From the NCBI GenBank assembly GCA_047602405.1, contig JASGHJ010000002.1:2368001-2432000 (forward strand): a stretch of DNA of 64,000 nt. Reading direction: 5' to 3'. Shown here in pieces: positions 9,107 to 18,450 of the stretch (position 1 is the first letter of the stretch; every line of letters begins with the position of its first letter). The translations under genes and the position numbers were made by a program. A model generated the notes under the pieces. The model was not told the origin of the DNA. It made no database searches and saw nothing but the letters and a program-made list of their open reading frames with translations. This DNA comes from Anaeromyxobacteraceae bacterium. Its GTDB lineage: Bacteria; Myxococcota; Myxococcia; Myxococcales; Anaeromyxobacteraceae.

Positions 9107-10296
9107 CCTCGAAGCTGGGCCTGCTCTCCCTGCAGGTCCGACCCGGCCACCCCGACTTCCTCGACCTCCCGTGGGACGCGCCCGCCGCGGCCTGGCCGGG
9201 TCGCTGCCCGCGCCTCGTCGAGGTCCAGCGCGGCATCTCGCGGCACGAGGTCGTCTTCGTCCAGTACGACCGGACGCTCTACGCGTTGAAGGAGCTGCCG
9301 CCCGCCGTCGGCGAGCGCGAGTACGGCGCGCTCCGCTGGCTCGAGGACCGGGAGCTGCCCGCGGTCGTGGCCGCGGGCCACGCCCGCGTCGCGACGCCGG
9401 ACGGCGAGGCGAGCGTGCTCATCACGCGCTTCCTCGACCACTCCCTGCCCTACCGCACGCTCTTCGGCTCCGACGGCCTCGCGCCCTACCGAGCCCGACT
9501 CCTCGACGCGATCGCCGGGCTCCTCGTGCGGCTCCACCTCGCCGGCTTCTTCTGGGGCGACTGCTCGCTCTCGAACACCCTCTTCCGCCGCGACGCCGGC
9601 GAGCTGCAGGCCTACCTCGTCGACGCCGAGACCGCCGAGATGCACGAGGCGCTCTCCGACGGGCAGCGCCGCCACGACCTCGAGCTCCTCGAGCAGAACG
9701 TGACGGGCGACCTCCTCGACGTCGCCGCGATGCTGGGCCTGCCCGCCCCGGCGGGCGCCGAGGGCACCGGCGCCGAGATCCGCGCCCGCTACGAGCGGCT
9801 CTGGAACGAGATCGGCCGGGTGGAGACGGTCGCGGCCGGCGAGAGCTGGCGCATCCACGACCGGATCAGGACCCTGAACGCGCTCGGGTTCACGGTCGGC
9901 GAGGTGAAGCTCGACGCGGTGGGCGACGGCAGCCGCCTGCGGATGCGGACCATCGTCACCGACCGCGACTACCACCGGCACCTCCTGCACGCCCTCACCG
10001 GCCTCGTCGCCGAGGACCGGCAGGCGGCGCTCATGGTGAACGAGATCCAGGAGCTGCGCGCCACGCTCGTCCGGGCCGAGAACCGCAGCGTGCCGCTCTC
10101 GGTGGCGGCGTACCGCTGGCTCACCGAGCGCTACCAGCCCTTGGCGCGCCGGCTCGCGCCGCTCGGGCGCCGGGGCGAGCCCGCGGAGCTCTACTGCCAG
10201 CTGCTCGAGCACAAGTGGTACCTGTCCGAGCGCGCGAGGCGCGACGTGGGCCCCGAGGTCGCGCTCGAGGACTACCTGCGCCGCTTCGCGGGCTGA
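9103..10296 (+). CDS. DUF4032-containing kinase-like protein (LPS/Kdo kinase-like fold)
   Basis: HPDFLDLPW, RGISRH.V.F, ALKEL, FFWGDCSLSNTLFRRDAG, YLVDAET, LEHKWYLSE; TTG start overlaps the hemerythrin TGA. Confidence 0.82.
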   Translation: MTSKLGLLSLQVRPGHPDFLDLPWDAPAAAWPGRCPRLVEVQRGISRHEVVFVQYDRTLYALKELPPAVGEREYGALRWLEDRELPAVVAAGHARVATPDGEASVLITRFLDHSLPYRTLFGSDGLAPYRARLLDAIAGLLVRLHLAGFFWGDCSLSNTLFRRDAGELQAYLVDAETAEMHEALSDGQRRHDLELLEQNVTGDLLDVAAMLGLPAPAGAEGTGAEIRARYERLWNEIGRVETVAAGESWRIHDRIRTLNALGFTVGEVKLDAVGDGSRLRMRTIVTDRDYHRHLLHALTGLVAEDRQAALMVNEIQELRATLVRAENRSVPLSVAAYRWLTERYQPLARRLAPLGRRGEPAELYCQLLEHKWYLSERARRDVGPEVALEDYLRRFAG

Positions 10297-10493
10297 GCGC
10301 CTGCGGGGTGGTCGGGACACGGGTGCCGGTCGACCCTCGGTACGGCCCCGAGCCGTGTGCGTCAACCCCGCCGCGTGACGGCGGATCTTCGCGTGCGAGC
10401 CCGGGCCGCGCCCTTGCACCACGAGCCGCCCGCAGCGGCCGGCGCGGCGCGGGAACCCCTCCCGTCCCCGCACCAGGCCCCCGGAGACCGAAC

Positions 10494-10916
10494 ATGGCCC
10501 TGCAGTGGGACAGGTCCCTCGCCGTCGGCGTGAAGCTCATCGACGAGCAGCACCAGGAGCTCTTCCGCCGCGTGAACACGCTCCTCGAGTCCATGCTCAA
10601 GAACCAGGGCAAGGGCGAGATCGAGAAGCTCATCGGCTTCCTCGCGCAGTACGTCGTCGATCACTTCGCCGCCGAGGAGAAGATGATGACGCAGTACCGG
10701 TACCCGGACCTCGCGAAGCACCGGCAGGCCCACGCCGACTTCGTGAAGCGGTTCGGCGAGCTCAAGGCCGCCTTCGACAAGGACGGCGCCACCCCGACCG
10801 TCACCATCGAGCTCAACCGCTTCGTCGGCGGCTGGCTGCGCGAGCACATCGGCCGCACCGACACCGCGCTCGGCAAGTTCCTCCACCAGGTGAACGCGAC
10901 CGAGGCACACGCGTAG
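10494..10916 (+). CDS. Bacteriohemerythrin
   Basis: WD.SL.VG...IDEQH, HF..EE..M....YP....H...H, WL..HI...D; GGAG RBS. Confidence 0.92.
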   Translation: MALQWDRSLAVGVKLIDEQHQELFRRVNTLLESMLKNQGKGEIEKLIGFLAQYVVDHFAAEEKMMTQYRYPDLAKHRQAHADFVKRFGELKAAFDKDGATPTVTIELNRFVGGWLREHIGRTDTALGKFLHQVNATEAHA

Positions 10917-10930
10917 CGCCGCCTCGCCCC

Positions 10931-11722
10931 TCATCCCCGCCGCAGCCCCCGCGCCTGCCCGAGCGCGGCCTCCACGGCCGCCCGCGCGGGCGCGCTCACG
11001 AGGTCGGGCCGCTCCCGCGCCACGATCGCGAGGAGCGCGCGGGCCGCGTCCAGCACCGGGAGCCGCACCGCCCGCTCCACCTCCGCGGCGAGCTCGGGCA
11101 GCGCCCGCTCGAGCCGGCGCGCGGGATCGAGGTCGTCGAGGAGCGCCCGGCGCTCCGGGGCGAGCCGCGCCCGGGCGAGCGTCACGAGGTGCCCGACCGC
11201 GCCGCTCCGCACGAGCGCGTGGCCGGAGAGAACCTCGCCGCGCGCGGCCCGGCCCGCGCCGACGACGAGCTTCGTGAGGAGCTGCCCCGCCTCCCAGCGC
11301 TCGTCGGGAGGCGGCGGCGCGGCCGCGAGCGTCGCGGCCCGCAGCCGGGCGAGCCGCTCGACGAGCCCGCACCGATCGAGGAGCACCCGGTGGCGGTTCA
11401 CGCGCGCCACGCCGAGCTCGTCGGGGTCGAAGACCGCGAGCTCCACGAGGTGCCCGCTCGCGTAGAGCGCCTTCACGCCGTGCGCGGTCTCGCGGTAGCG
11501 GAGCGCGATCGCCCCCGCGTCGGGCAGCCACCCGAGGTCGGTCCGGAACCGCTCCTGCGTCCCGGGCCGGGTGACGAGCCAGAGGTCGTGGTCGGAGACC
11601 TCGTCCGGGAGCGGCGGCTCGCCCGAGGTCGAGCCGAGCCCCACGAGGCCGAGCACGTCCGGGTCGGCCGCGAGGCGCGCCTCGACCGCCCCGGTGAACG
11701 CCGCGTGCTCGGCGGGCGTCAC
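10931..11722 (-). CDS. Putative Pol-beta-fold nucleotidyltransferase
   Basis: GLVGLGS...DEVSDHDLWLV (GS...DxD) followed by a helical C-terminal domain; GTG overlaps the upstream stop. Confidence 0.6.
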   Translation of the reverse strand: MTPAEHAAFTGAVEARLAADPDVLGLVGLGSTSGEPPLPDEVSDHDLWLVTRPGTQERFRTDLGWLPDAGAIALRYRETAHGVKALYASGHLVELAVFDPDELGVARVNRHRVLLDRCGLVERLARLRAATLAAAPPPPDERWEAGQLLTKLVVGAGRAARGEVLSGHALVRSGAVGHLVTLARARLAPERRALLDDLDPARRLERALPELAAEVERAVRLPVLDAARALLAIVARERPDLVSAPARAAVEAALGQARGLRRG

Positions 11723-12249
11723 GGCCGCGCCCGCTTCCAGCGCAGCTGCACGAGGCCGTTCGGGTACGCCCTCGCCTCGAGCAGCGTGAGCGCGAGGTCC
11801 GGGAGCGGCGGCCGGAAGAGCGGTATGCCGTCGCCGAGGATGCGCGGGACGACCGAGACCGTGAGCTCGTCCACGAGGTCCGCCGCGAGGAAGGCCGAGA
11901 TGGTCCGGCCGCCGTCGAGGTAGACCCGCCGGACCCCCTCGGCCGCGAGCGTCGCCGCGAGCGCGGCGGGCTCCGCCGAGAGGAAGCGGGCGCCGTGCTC
12001 CGGCGCGTCCTCCCCGCGCGTCCAGACCACGACCTTCTTCCCGGCGTAGGGCCACTCCGGGAACGCGAGCGCGGTGTCGTATGTCTTGCGGCCGATGACG
12101 AGCGCGTCGACCGAGGCCGCGAACGCGGCGTAGCCGTGGTCCTCGCCCGGCGTCTGGAACGGCTCGAGCCAGTCGAGGCGCCCGTCCGGCCGGGCGATGA
12201 AGCCGTCGGCGCTCGTCGCGATGAACACCGCGAAGGTGGGGCGGTTCAT
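11719..12249 (-). CDS. Dihydrofolate reductase family / RibD C-terminal domain protein
   Basis: IATSADGFIA, IGRKTYD, YLDGG, ILGDGIPLF motifs. Confidence 0.9.
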   Translation of the reverse strand: MNRPTFAVFIATSADGFIARPDGRLDWLEPFQTPGEDHGYAAFAASVDALVIGRKTYDTALAFPEWPYAGKKVVVWTRGEDAPEHGARFLSAEPAALAATLAAEGVRRVYLDGGRTISAFLAADLVDELTVSVVPRILGDGIPLFRPPLPDLALTLLEARAYPNGLVQLRWKRARP

Positions 12250-12261
12250 GCCCTCACGCTA

Positions 12262-14391
12262 TCAGCGCGCGCGGGCGGGCTTGAGGTTCCGTTCGAGGAA
12301 CTCCACGAGACGCCCCACGAGGTACCGCGCGTCGGGCCCGGCGACCCAGCGGTGGGTGGCCGACGGCCCGATCGCGAGCTCGAAGTCCTTGCCGCTCCGC
12401 TCGAGGTGCTCGACGAGGTCGACCATCGTCTTGAACGGCACGACGTCGTCGGCCATGCCGTGCACGATGAGGAGCGGGTCCTTCAGGCCTGCGGCGTACG
12501 GGATCGCGGCGCCCTTCGTGAACGCGTCGGGGTGCGTCCCCGGCGTGCGCGCGATGGCGACGTCGTCGGAGCCGAACCAGCGCGGGTCGACCGCTGCCGC
12601 GCCCGCGACGCCCGCGGCGAAGAGGCCGGGCTTCTTGAAGAGCGAGTAGATCGTGAGCGTCCCGCCGTAGGACGAGCCGAAGATGCCGATCCGCCCCGGA
12701 TCGACGCCGGGCTGCCTCCCGAGCCAGCGGACCGCGTCCTCGAGGTCGTCGAGGTCGCCCTGCCCCCAGCGCATCAGGAACGCCTCGCGGAACGCGCGCC
12801 CGTAGCCGGTCGAGCCGCGGACGTCGACCTGCACGACCCGGAAGCCGCGGTCGATAGCGAGGTGCTGCTGGAGAATGCCCCAGGGGCCGCCCCAGCGGTT
12901 CCGCACGGTGTTCGAGTAGACCGGTCCGAGCACGGTCGGCGCGGCCTTCCCCTTCGGCACGCCCCTCGGCTCGTAGACCCTCACGTGCAGCGTGTAGGCG
13001 CCGTCCCGGGACGGGAAGCTCGCGTACCGCGGCTTCACCCAGGGCACCTTCGCGAACGCGGGCGGCTGGGAGGTGGTGACCCGGCGGGCGGGCCCGCCCG
13101 CGGGCGAGGCGAGCCAGAGCTCCGGCGGCGTGACGTCGTCGGACGAGACGAGCGCGACCGCCTTCCCGTCCGGCGCCGGGAACGCCGCGTGCGTGCCCGG
13201 CCGCGCGCTCACGCGGACGCGCGCGCCGCCGCCTGCGGGGAGCCGCCAGATCTGGCGCTCGGAGGGGACGGGCTCGTTCGAGGCGAAGTAGACGTCGCCG
13301 GTGGCGGGCACGGCGGCGAGGTAGCCCTCCACGTCGAAGGTGGGCGGCGACAGCAGCGTGCGCTCCCCGCTCGCGAGGTCCAGGAGGTAGAGGCCGTAGC
13401 GGTCGTCGAGGTCGGCCATCACGAGCACGCGGTCGCCGCCCGGCGCCCACGCGGAGCCGAACTCGGTGTAGATGCGCGTCTCGCGCCGGTCGTGCCAGAC
13501 CTCCTTCAAGGCGCCCGCGGCCGGGTCGAACACGTGCAACCAGCGGTCGACGTTCGTGTCGCTCGCGCGGTCCACGAGGAGCTTCCCGGATGGCGACCAG
13601 GCCATCGCGTTCACGAGCGTGGAGGTCGGCGCCGGGAGGTCGAGCCAGTCGAGCTTCCCGGTCGCGACCTCCAGGATCCCCACGCGGCGGGCCTCGTTCT
13701 CGTCGCCGGGCGCCGGGCGCCGCAGCCAGTTGAGGATGGGCTCCTCGAAGAGGTAGTGCGGGAAGGGGACCTTCCTGACGTTCCGGCGATCGACGGCGTG
13801 GACCGCGACGAGGCGGCCGTCCGGCGACCACCGGTAGGAGGCGCCCGGGCCGGTCCAGGTGCCCTGGCCGATCTCGGCGTCGGGCCTGAAGTAGGTGCCC
13901 TGCGCCACCGCTCCGGGCGGCGGCGCGCCGACCGAGGTGGCGCGGCGGGCCTCGCCTCCCTCGGCGGGCACGAGCCAGAGGTCGCCGCCCTCGAGCCAGG
14001 AGACGAGCTTCCCGTCCGGCGAGACCGCGAGCTCCGAGCGATCGGCGCCGGAGCCGGGCACGAGCCGCGCGACCTTGCCCGCGGCGAGCGGCACCCGCCG
14101 CAGCTCGCCTCCCGCCACGAGCGCGAACACCGCGGCGCCGTCCGGCGCCCAGGCGAACGCGGTCGCCCCGGCCGCGCCGACGCGGTGGAGCGCGTCCCCG
14201 CTCCGCTCGACGAGCCAGACGTCCCGGTCCCCGCCCGCGGGGTCCTTCCAGAGGAACGCGAGCCGCGCGCCGTCCGGCGACCAGGCGGGCGACGACGGCG
14301 AGACGCCGGCGATCGTGGCCGGGGCGACGACCGCCTCGAGGGGCAGCGCGGGGGCCGCCGCGAGGGCGAGCGCGAGGAGAGCGGTGAGCAT
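12262..14391 (-). CDS. S9 family peptidase (dipeptidyl peptidase IV-like), secreted
   Basis: Signal peptide, WSPDG beta-propeller repeats, DVRGSTGYG, GSSYGG nucleophile, HGMADD, C-terminal His. Confidence 0.9.
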   Translation of the reverse strand: MLTALLALALAAAPALPLEAVVAPATIAGVSPSSPAWSPDGARLAFLWKDPAGGDRDVWLVERSGDALHRVGAAGATAFAWAPDGAAVFALVAGGELRRVPLAAGKVARLVPGSGADRSELAVSPDGKLVSWLEGGDLWLVPAEGGEARRATSVGAPPPGAVAQGTYFRPDAEIGQGTWTGPGASYRWSPDGRLVAVHAVDRRNVRKVPFPHYLFEEPILNWLRRPAPGDENEARRVGILEVATGKLDWLDLPAPTSTLVNAMAWSPSGKLLVDRASDTNVDRWLHVFDPAAGALKEVWHDRRETRIYTEFGSAWAPGGDRVLVMADLDDRYGLYLLDLASGERTLLSPPTFDVEGYLAAVPATGDVYFASNEPVPSERQIWRLPAGGGARVRVSARPGTHAAFPAPDGKAVALVSSDDVTPPELWLASPAGGPARRVTTSQPPAFAKVPWVKPRYASFPSRDGAYTLHVRVYEPRGVPKGKAAPTVLGPVYSNTVRNRWGGPWGILQQHLAIDRGFRVVQVDVRGSTGYGRAFREAFLMRWGQGDLDDLEDAVRWLGRQPGVDPGRIGIFGSSYGGTLTIYSLFKKPGLFAAGVAGAAAVDPRWFGSDDVAIARTPGTHPDAFTKGAAIPYAAGLKDPLLIVHGMADDVVPFKTMVDLVEHLERSGKDFELAIGPSATHRWVAGPDARYLVGRLVEFLERNLKPARAR

Positions 14392-14442
14392 GGGCCGGCA
14401 TCGTAGCAACTCGCGGCGCGGCCCGAGTAGGATGCGCCCCGC

Positions 14443-15420
14443 ATGCGCACCGAGCGGCTCCGCCCCGACCCCGCCGGCCTCGCCCGGGCCGCCGCGATCC
14501 TCGCGCGCGGCGGGCTGGTCGCGTTCCCGACCGAGACCGTCTACGGCCTCGGCGCGCTCGCGCTCGATCCCCTCGCCGTGCGCGCCATCTACGCCGCGAA
14601 GGGCCGGCCGGCCACGAACCCGGTCATCGTGCACGTCCCGGGCGCTCACGAAGCCGCCGCGCTCGCCGCGGCGTGGCCCGAGGCCGCCGCCCGGCTCGCG
14701 GCGCGCTTCTGGCCGGGGCCGCTCACCTTCGTCGTGCCGCGCGGACCCGGGGTGCCGGACGAGGTGACCGCCGGAGGCCCGACGGTCGGACTCCGCGCCC
14801 CCGCGCACCCGGTGGCCGAGGCGCTGCTGCGCGCCGTGGGCGCGCCGATCGCCGCGCCGTCGGCGAACGCCTCCGAGCACGTCTCGCCCACGACCGCGGA
14901 GCACGTCCTCGCCGACCTCGACGGGCGCATCGACGCCGTGCTCGACGGCGGCGCGTGCCCGGTCGGCATCGAGTCCACGGTGCTCTCGCTCGCGGGCGAC
15001 GCGCCGCGCGTGCTCCGGCCGGGCGCGCTCTCGCGCGACGACCTCGCGGCGGCGCTCGGGGTGCCGGTGCTCGGCCCGGGCGGCCCGGCCGAAGGCGCGG
15101 TCGCCGCCTCGCCGGGCCTGCACCACCGCCACTACGCGCCCGCGGGGAAGCTCGTGCTCGTGCCCCGCGCCGGCCTCGCCGCCGCGCTCGCCGCGTGGCC
15201 CACGCCGCGCGGCGCGATCGTGCGCGGGGCGCCGCCCGCCGGGCTCGGCGCGGAGGCCGTCGAGGTGCTGCCGGACGAGCCCGCGGGCTACGCGCGCGGC
15301 CTCTACGCCGCGCTGCGCGCGCTCGAGGATCGCGACTGCGCCGCGATCGCCGTGGAGGAGGCGCCCGCGGGCGCGGCCTGGGAGGCGGTCCGGGACCGCC
15401 TCGCGCGGGCGGCGGGGTAG
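14443..15420 (+). CDS. sua5: L-threonylcarbamoyladenylate synthase (Sua5/TsaC2)
   Basis: VAFPTETVYGLG, KGRP..NP.IVH, WPGPLT, APSAN, GIESTV, PG...RHYAP linker and SUA5 C-terminal domain. Confidence 0.92.
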   Translation: MRTERLRPDPAGLARAAAILARGGLVAFPTETVYGLGALALDPLAVRAIYAAKGRPATNPVIVHVPGAHEAAALAAAWPEAAARLAARFWPGPLTFVVPRGPGVPDEVTAGGPTVGLRAPAHPVAEALLRAVGAPIAAPSANASEHVSPTTAEHVLADLDGRIDAVLDGGACPVGIESTVLSLAGDAPRVLRPGALSRDDLAAALGVPVLGPGGPAEGAVAASPGLHHRHYAPAGKLVLVPRAGLAAALAAWPTPRGAIVRGAPPAGLGAEAVEVLPDEPAGYARGLYAALRALEDRDCAAIAVEEAPAGAAWEAVRDRLARAAG

Positions 15421-15434
15421 CGGCGAGGCCCGCT

Positions 15435-15944
15435 TCAGTCGACCCGGTGCATCCGGCCGTCCTGCGCCTTCAGGTAGGCGTAGGAGGCCTCGAGGATCTC
15501 CTCGAGCACCGGCAGCCGGACGTCGTCGAGCCGCTTCAGGTAGACGCAGACCCGGCTCGTCGTGTGCTCGCCGAGGCGCGCGAGGTTCGCCGCGTGCCGC
15601 GCCGTCCCGTCCATCAGGTAGACGGTGAGCTTGGCGTCGCGCGGGTAGAAGCCGAGCGCGTGACCGTCCCCCTCCCGGCCGCTGTCGTACTTGAAGTGAT
15701 ACGCGTCGAACCCGATCGTGCCGACGTTCCAGACCTTCGGCCGGGCTCCACCGGAGATCCGCCGCATCAGCTGCATGAGCGCGCGGCTGTCCCTCGCCGT
15801 CTGCGGGTCCTCGAGCGCGTCGAGGCCGTCCTCGACGGAGGCCTCGCGGCCTGCGCCCGCGCTCGGGGTGGACCGCTTCTTCACCGCCGCGCTGCGCTGC
15901 CTCGGCGCCGCCTTGCTCCGGGATGGCTTCGTCCGCGTGGCCAT
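15435..15944 (-). CDS. DUF1801 domain protein
   Basis: PKVW...IGF..YHFKYDSGREGD...GF.PR...L..Y...LG.H....C.Y.KRL.DV pattern. Confidence 0.75.
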   Translation of the reverse strand: MATRTKPSRSKAAPRQRSAAVKKRSTPSAGAGREASVEDGLDALEDPQTARDSRALMQLMRRISGGARPKVWNVGTIGFDAYHFKYDSGREGDGHALGFYPRDAKLTVYLMDGTARHAANLARLGEHTTSRVCVYLKRLDDVRLPVLEEILEASYAYLKAQDGRMHRVD

Positions 15945-16035
15945 GTCACCCGTGAGCGTAGCCGCGGCGCCCCGAGATGTGCCATGACCTCCCGGGGCAC
16001 CGATGAGCAAGAGCCGTCCCGACCGTCCAAGGCGC

Positions 16036-16404
16036 ATGCCCGCGAAGAAGCCGAGCCCCGGCAGCCCGATCGACGCCTACCTCGCGAAGGTCCCGGCCGC
16101 GCGCCGGCCGCTCCTCGCGGCGCTCCGCGAGCGGATCCTCGCCGCGGCGCCGGAAGCCGAGGAGTGCATCTCCTACGGCCTCGCCGCCTTCCGCGTGCGC
16201 GGCAAGGTGGTCGCCGGGTTCCAGGCCACCGAGCAGGGCGGCTCGTACTACCCGTTCAGCGGCACGACCCTGGGGACGCTCGCGGACGCGCTCGAGGGCT
16301 GGTCGCGGACGAAGTCGGCGCTGCACTTCACGGCCGAGCGGCCGATCCCCGCGGCGCTCCTGAGGAAGCTCCTGAAGACCCGGCTCTCCGAGCTCGACGC
16401 CTGA
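16036..16404 (+). CDS. DUF1801 (YdhG-like) protein
   Basis: IDAYL......R..L..LR..I.AAAPEAEE.ISYG and HFT...PIP..LL..L pattern. Confidence 0.8.
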   Translation: MPAKKPSPGSPIDAYLAKVPAARRPLLAALRERILAAAPEAEECISYGLAAFRVRGKVVAGFQATEQGGSYYPFSGTTLGTLADALEGWSRTKSALHFTAERPIPAALLRKLLKTRLSELDA

Positions 16405-16487
16405 CCCGGTCGGGGCGGCCGGCAGGGCCGCTGCACGATCGTCGGCGCTCGCGTTCCCTCCGTCCGGAACGGCAGAATCCGACCACC

Positions 16488-17243
16488 ATGCCTCGCCCCC
16501 CCGCCCTCGCCGTCGCCCTGCTCGCCGTCGCCGGCGCCGCCTGCGACCCGCAGGCGAACGCCTCGAGCTACCGGGGCGAGCCGCTGTTCGAGTTCGACGG
16601 CTCCGTGGTCGCCGCCGCCGCGAGCGCCCTGCCCGACGTGGAGGTGGCGGTGGCCTGGCAGGACGGGAACGTCCCGGCGCTCACCTCGAAGGTCGCCTTC
16701 ACCGAGCGCAACCCGGTCTCCCGGAGCGGCACGACGGGCACCTTCACCGTGCGCATCTACGTGCCGCCGCCCTCCGCCGCGTACCTCGCCCTCGCGCCCG
16801 GCGAGCCCCGGCTCGGGGTGGCCACGCTGGGCGCGTTCCCTCCCGCGGGCGGGACCTCCGGGACGTCCGCCCCGCCCTACCCGGCGGGCGGGTTCTACTC
16901 CGCCTACGACCTGCGCCACTGGGTCGTCCACCTCGCCGCCGACGCGCCCGCGGGGTCGGCCACCGCCTGGTGGCTGGGCGGCCCCGCCGCGGCGGGCTTC
17001 CACCTCGTGGAGCTCACCGACGCGGGCTGCCCGACCGCCGCGGAGGTGGCGGCCTGCGTGACCGCGCTCGCCGCGCTCGGCGTGCCCGCGACCTCGACCG
17101 ACCTGCCCGCCGGCGTGGGCGGGGGCGGCGCCCAGACGCTGTGCAGCACCCGGTACCGCCTCTCCCCGTCCCCCGCCGCCGCCCCCGTGTCCTTCGAGCT
17201 CGGCGGCCCCTCCGGCGCGAGCGACCCCTGGGCCTGCCCGTGA
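16488..17243 (+). CDS. Hypothetical lipoprotein
   Basis: Lipobox-like LLAVAGAA-C followed by DPQ...YRGEPL; TGA overlaps the sigma GTG. Confidence 0.75.
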   Translation: MPRPPALAVALLAVAGAACDPQANASSYRGEPLFEFDGSVVAAAASALPDVEVAVAWQDGNVPALTSKVAFTERNPVSRSGTTGTFTVRIYVPPPSAAYLALAPGEPRLGVATLGAFPPAGGTSGTSAPPYPAGGFYSAYDLRHWVVHLAADAPAGSATAWWLGGPAAAGFHLVELTDAGCPTAAEVAACVTALAALGVPATSTDLPAGVGGGGAQTLCSTRYRLSPSPAAAPVSFELGGPSGASDPWACP

Positions 17244-17728
17244 GCCTCGACCGCGAGGGCGTCGAGCGGCTCTACCGCGCCCACGGCGGGGTGGTGCTGC
17301 GCCGCGCGCGGATGCTGCTCGGCAACGAGGCCGACGCGCAGGAGGCGCTGCAGGAGGTCTTCGCGGGGCTCCTGCGCGCGCCCGACGAGATCCGCGACCC
17401 CGCCGCGGTCATCGCCTGGCTCTACCGCGCGACCACCCACCTGTGCCTCAACGTGCTGCGCGGCCGGCGCACGAGCGGGAGGCTCCTCGAGCGGCACCTC
17501 CGGCCGCTGCCGGCGTCGGCGCCCTCGCGCGCCGACGCGCTCGCCGAGGTGCGCAGCGTGCTCGCCGGGCTCCCCGCGGAGCTCGCCGCCGCCTTCGTCC
17601 ACCACCACCTCGACGGCATGACCTACGACGAGATCGGCGAGCAGCTCGGCTGCTCCCGGCGAAAGGTCGGCTACCTCCTGCAGAAGGCCGAGGCGCTGCT
17701 CCGGGAACCCGGGGAGAGGACCGCATGA
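17240..17728 (+). CDS. ECF-type RNA polymerase sigma-70 factor
   Basis: Region 2 (LY..H...V.RRA..LLG..ADA.EALQEVF, WLYR..T.LCLN) and region 4 (GMTYDEIG..LG.SRR.V). Confidence 0.9.
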   Translation: MSLDREGVERLYRAHGGVVLRRARMLLGNEADAQEALQEVFAGLLRAPDEIRDPAAVIAWLYRATTHLCLNVLRGRRTSGRLLERHLRPLPASAPSRADALAEVRSVLAGLPAELAAAFVHHHLDGMTYDEIGEQLGCSRRKVGYLLQKAEALLREPGERTA

Positions 17729-18450
17729 CCACCCCTGCCCTCGCGCGCGCAGGCTGGACCGCCTGCCACTCCGCGCTCCACCTCGACCGCTGGCTCGCCG
17801 GCGCGCTGCCCGCGCCCGAGGCCGCGGCACTCGCCGCCCACGTGGAGGGCTGCGCGCGCTGCGGGGACGCCGTGGCGGAGCTCCGGGCCGCCCGGGCCGA
17901 CCCGCTGCCGCCGCTCCGCGCGCCCGCCGCCGTCGCCGGGCCCGCCCCCGCGCCCCCGCGCCGCCGGGGCGCGCTCGTCCCGGCGGCCGCGGCCGCGCTC
18001 GCCGCCGCCGCGGCGGTGCTCCTCGTGGTCGGCCCGGGCCCCGTGGAGCGCACGAAGGGGGGCGCGGTGGCGCTCGGGATGTGGGTCCAGCACGGCGGCG
18101 AGGTCCGCCGGGCCGGCCCCGGCGAGGCGGTCGCGCCGGGGGACGCGGTCCGCTTCTCCGTGACGACGCCGTGGCCCGCGTACGTCGCCGTGCTCTCGGT
18201 CGACGCCGCGGGCCGCGCCTCGGTCTACTACCCCGACGGCGCCACCGCGGCGCCGGTCGCGCCGGGCACCGACGTCGCGCTCCCGCTCGCGACCCGGCTC
18301 GACGGCACCGCCGGCCCGGAGCGGATCGTCGGGCTCTTCTGCGAGCGCGCGATCGCGCTCGAGCCGGTGCGCGCGGGGCTCGAGCAGGGCGACGCGGGCG
18401 CGGTGCCCGCCGGCTGCCAGGAGACCCGTTGGTCCTTCGTGAAGCGCTAG
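17725..18450 (+). CDS. Zinc-binding anti-sigma factor (ZAS/zf-HC2) with TM helix and DUF4384-like extracytoplasmic domain
   Basis: HVEGCARC (HxxxCxxC), hydrophobic helix, RTKGG, PGD.VRF, V.SVD..G..SVYYP, LDGT.GPE; ATGA overlap with sigma. Confidence 0.8.
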   Translation: MTTPALARAGWTACHSALHLDRWLAGALPAPEAAALAAHVEGCARCGDAVAELRAARADPLPPLRAPAAVAGPAPAPPRRRGALVPAAAAALAAAAAVLLVVGPGPVERTKGGAVALGMWVQHGGEVRRAGPGEAVAPGDAVRFSVTTPWPAYVAVLSVDAAGRASVYYPDGATAAPVAPGTDVALPLATRLDGTAGPERIVGLFCERAIALEPVRAGLEQGDAGAVPAGCQETRWSFVKR

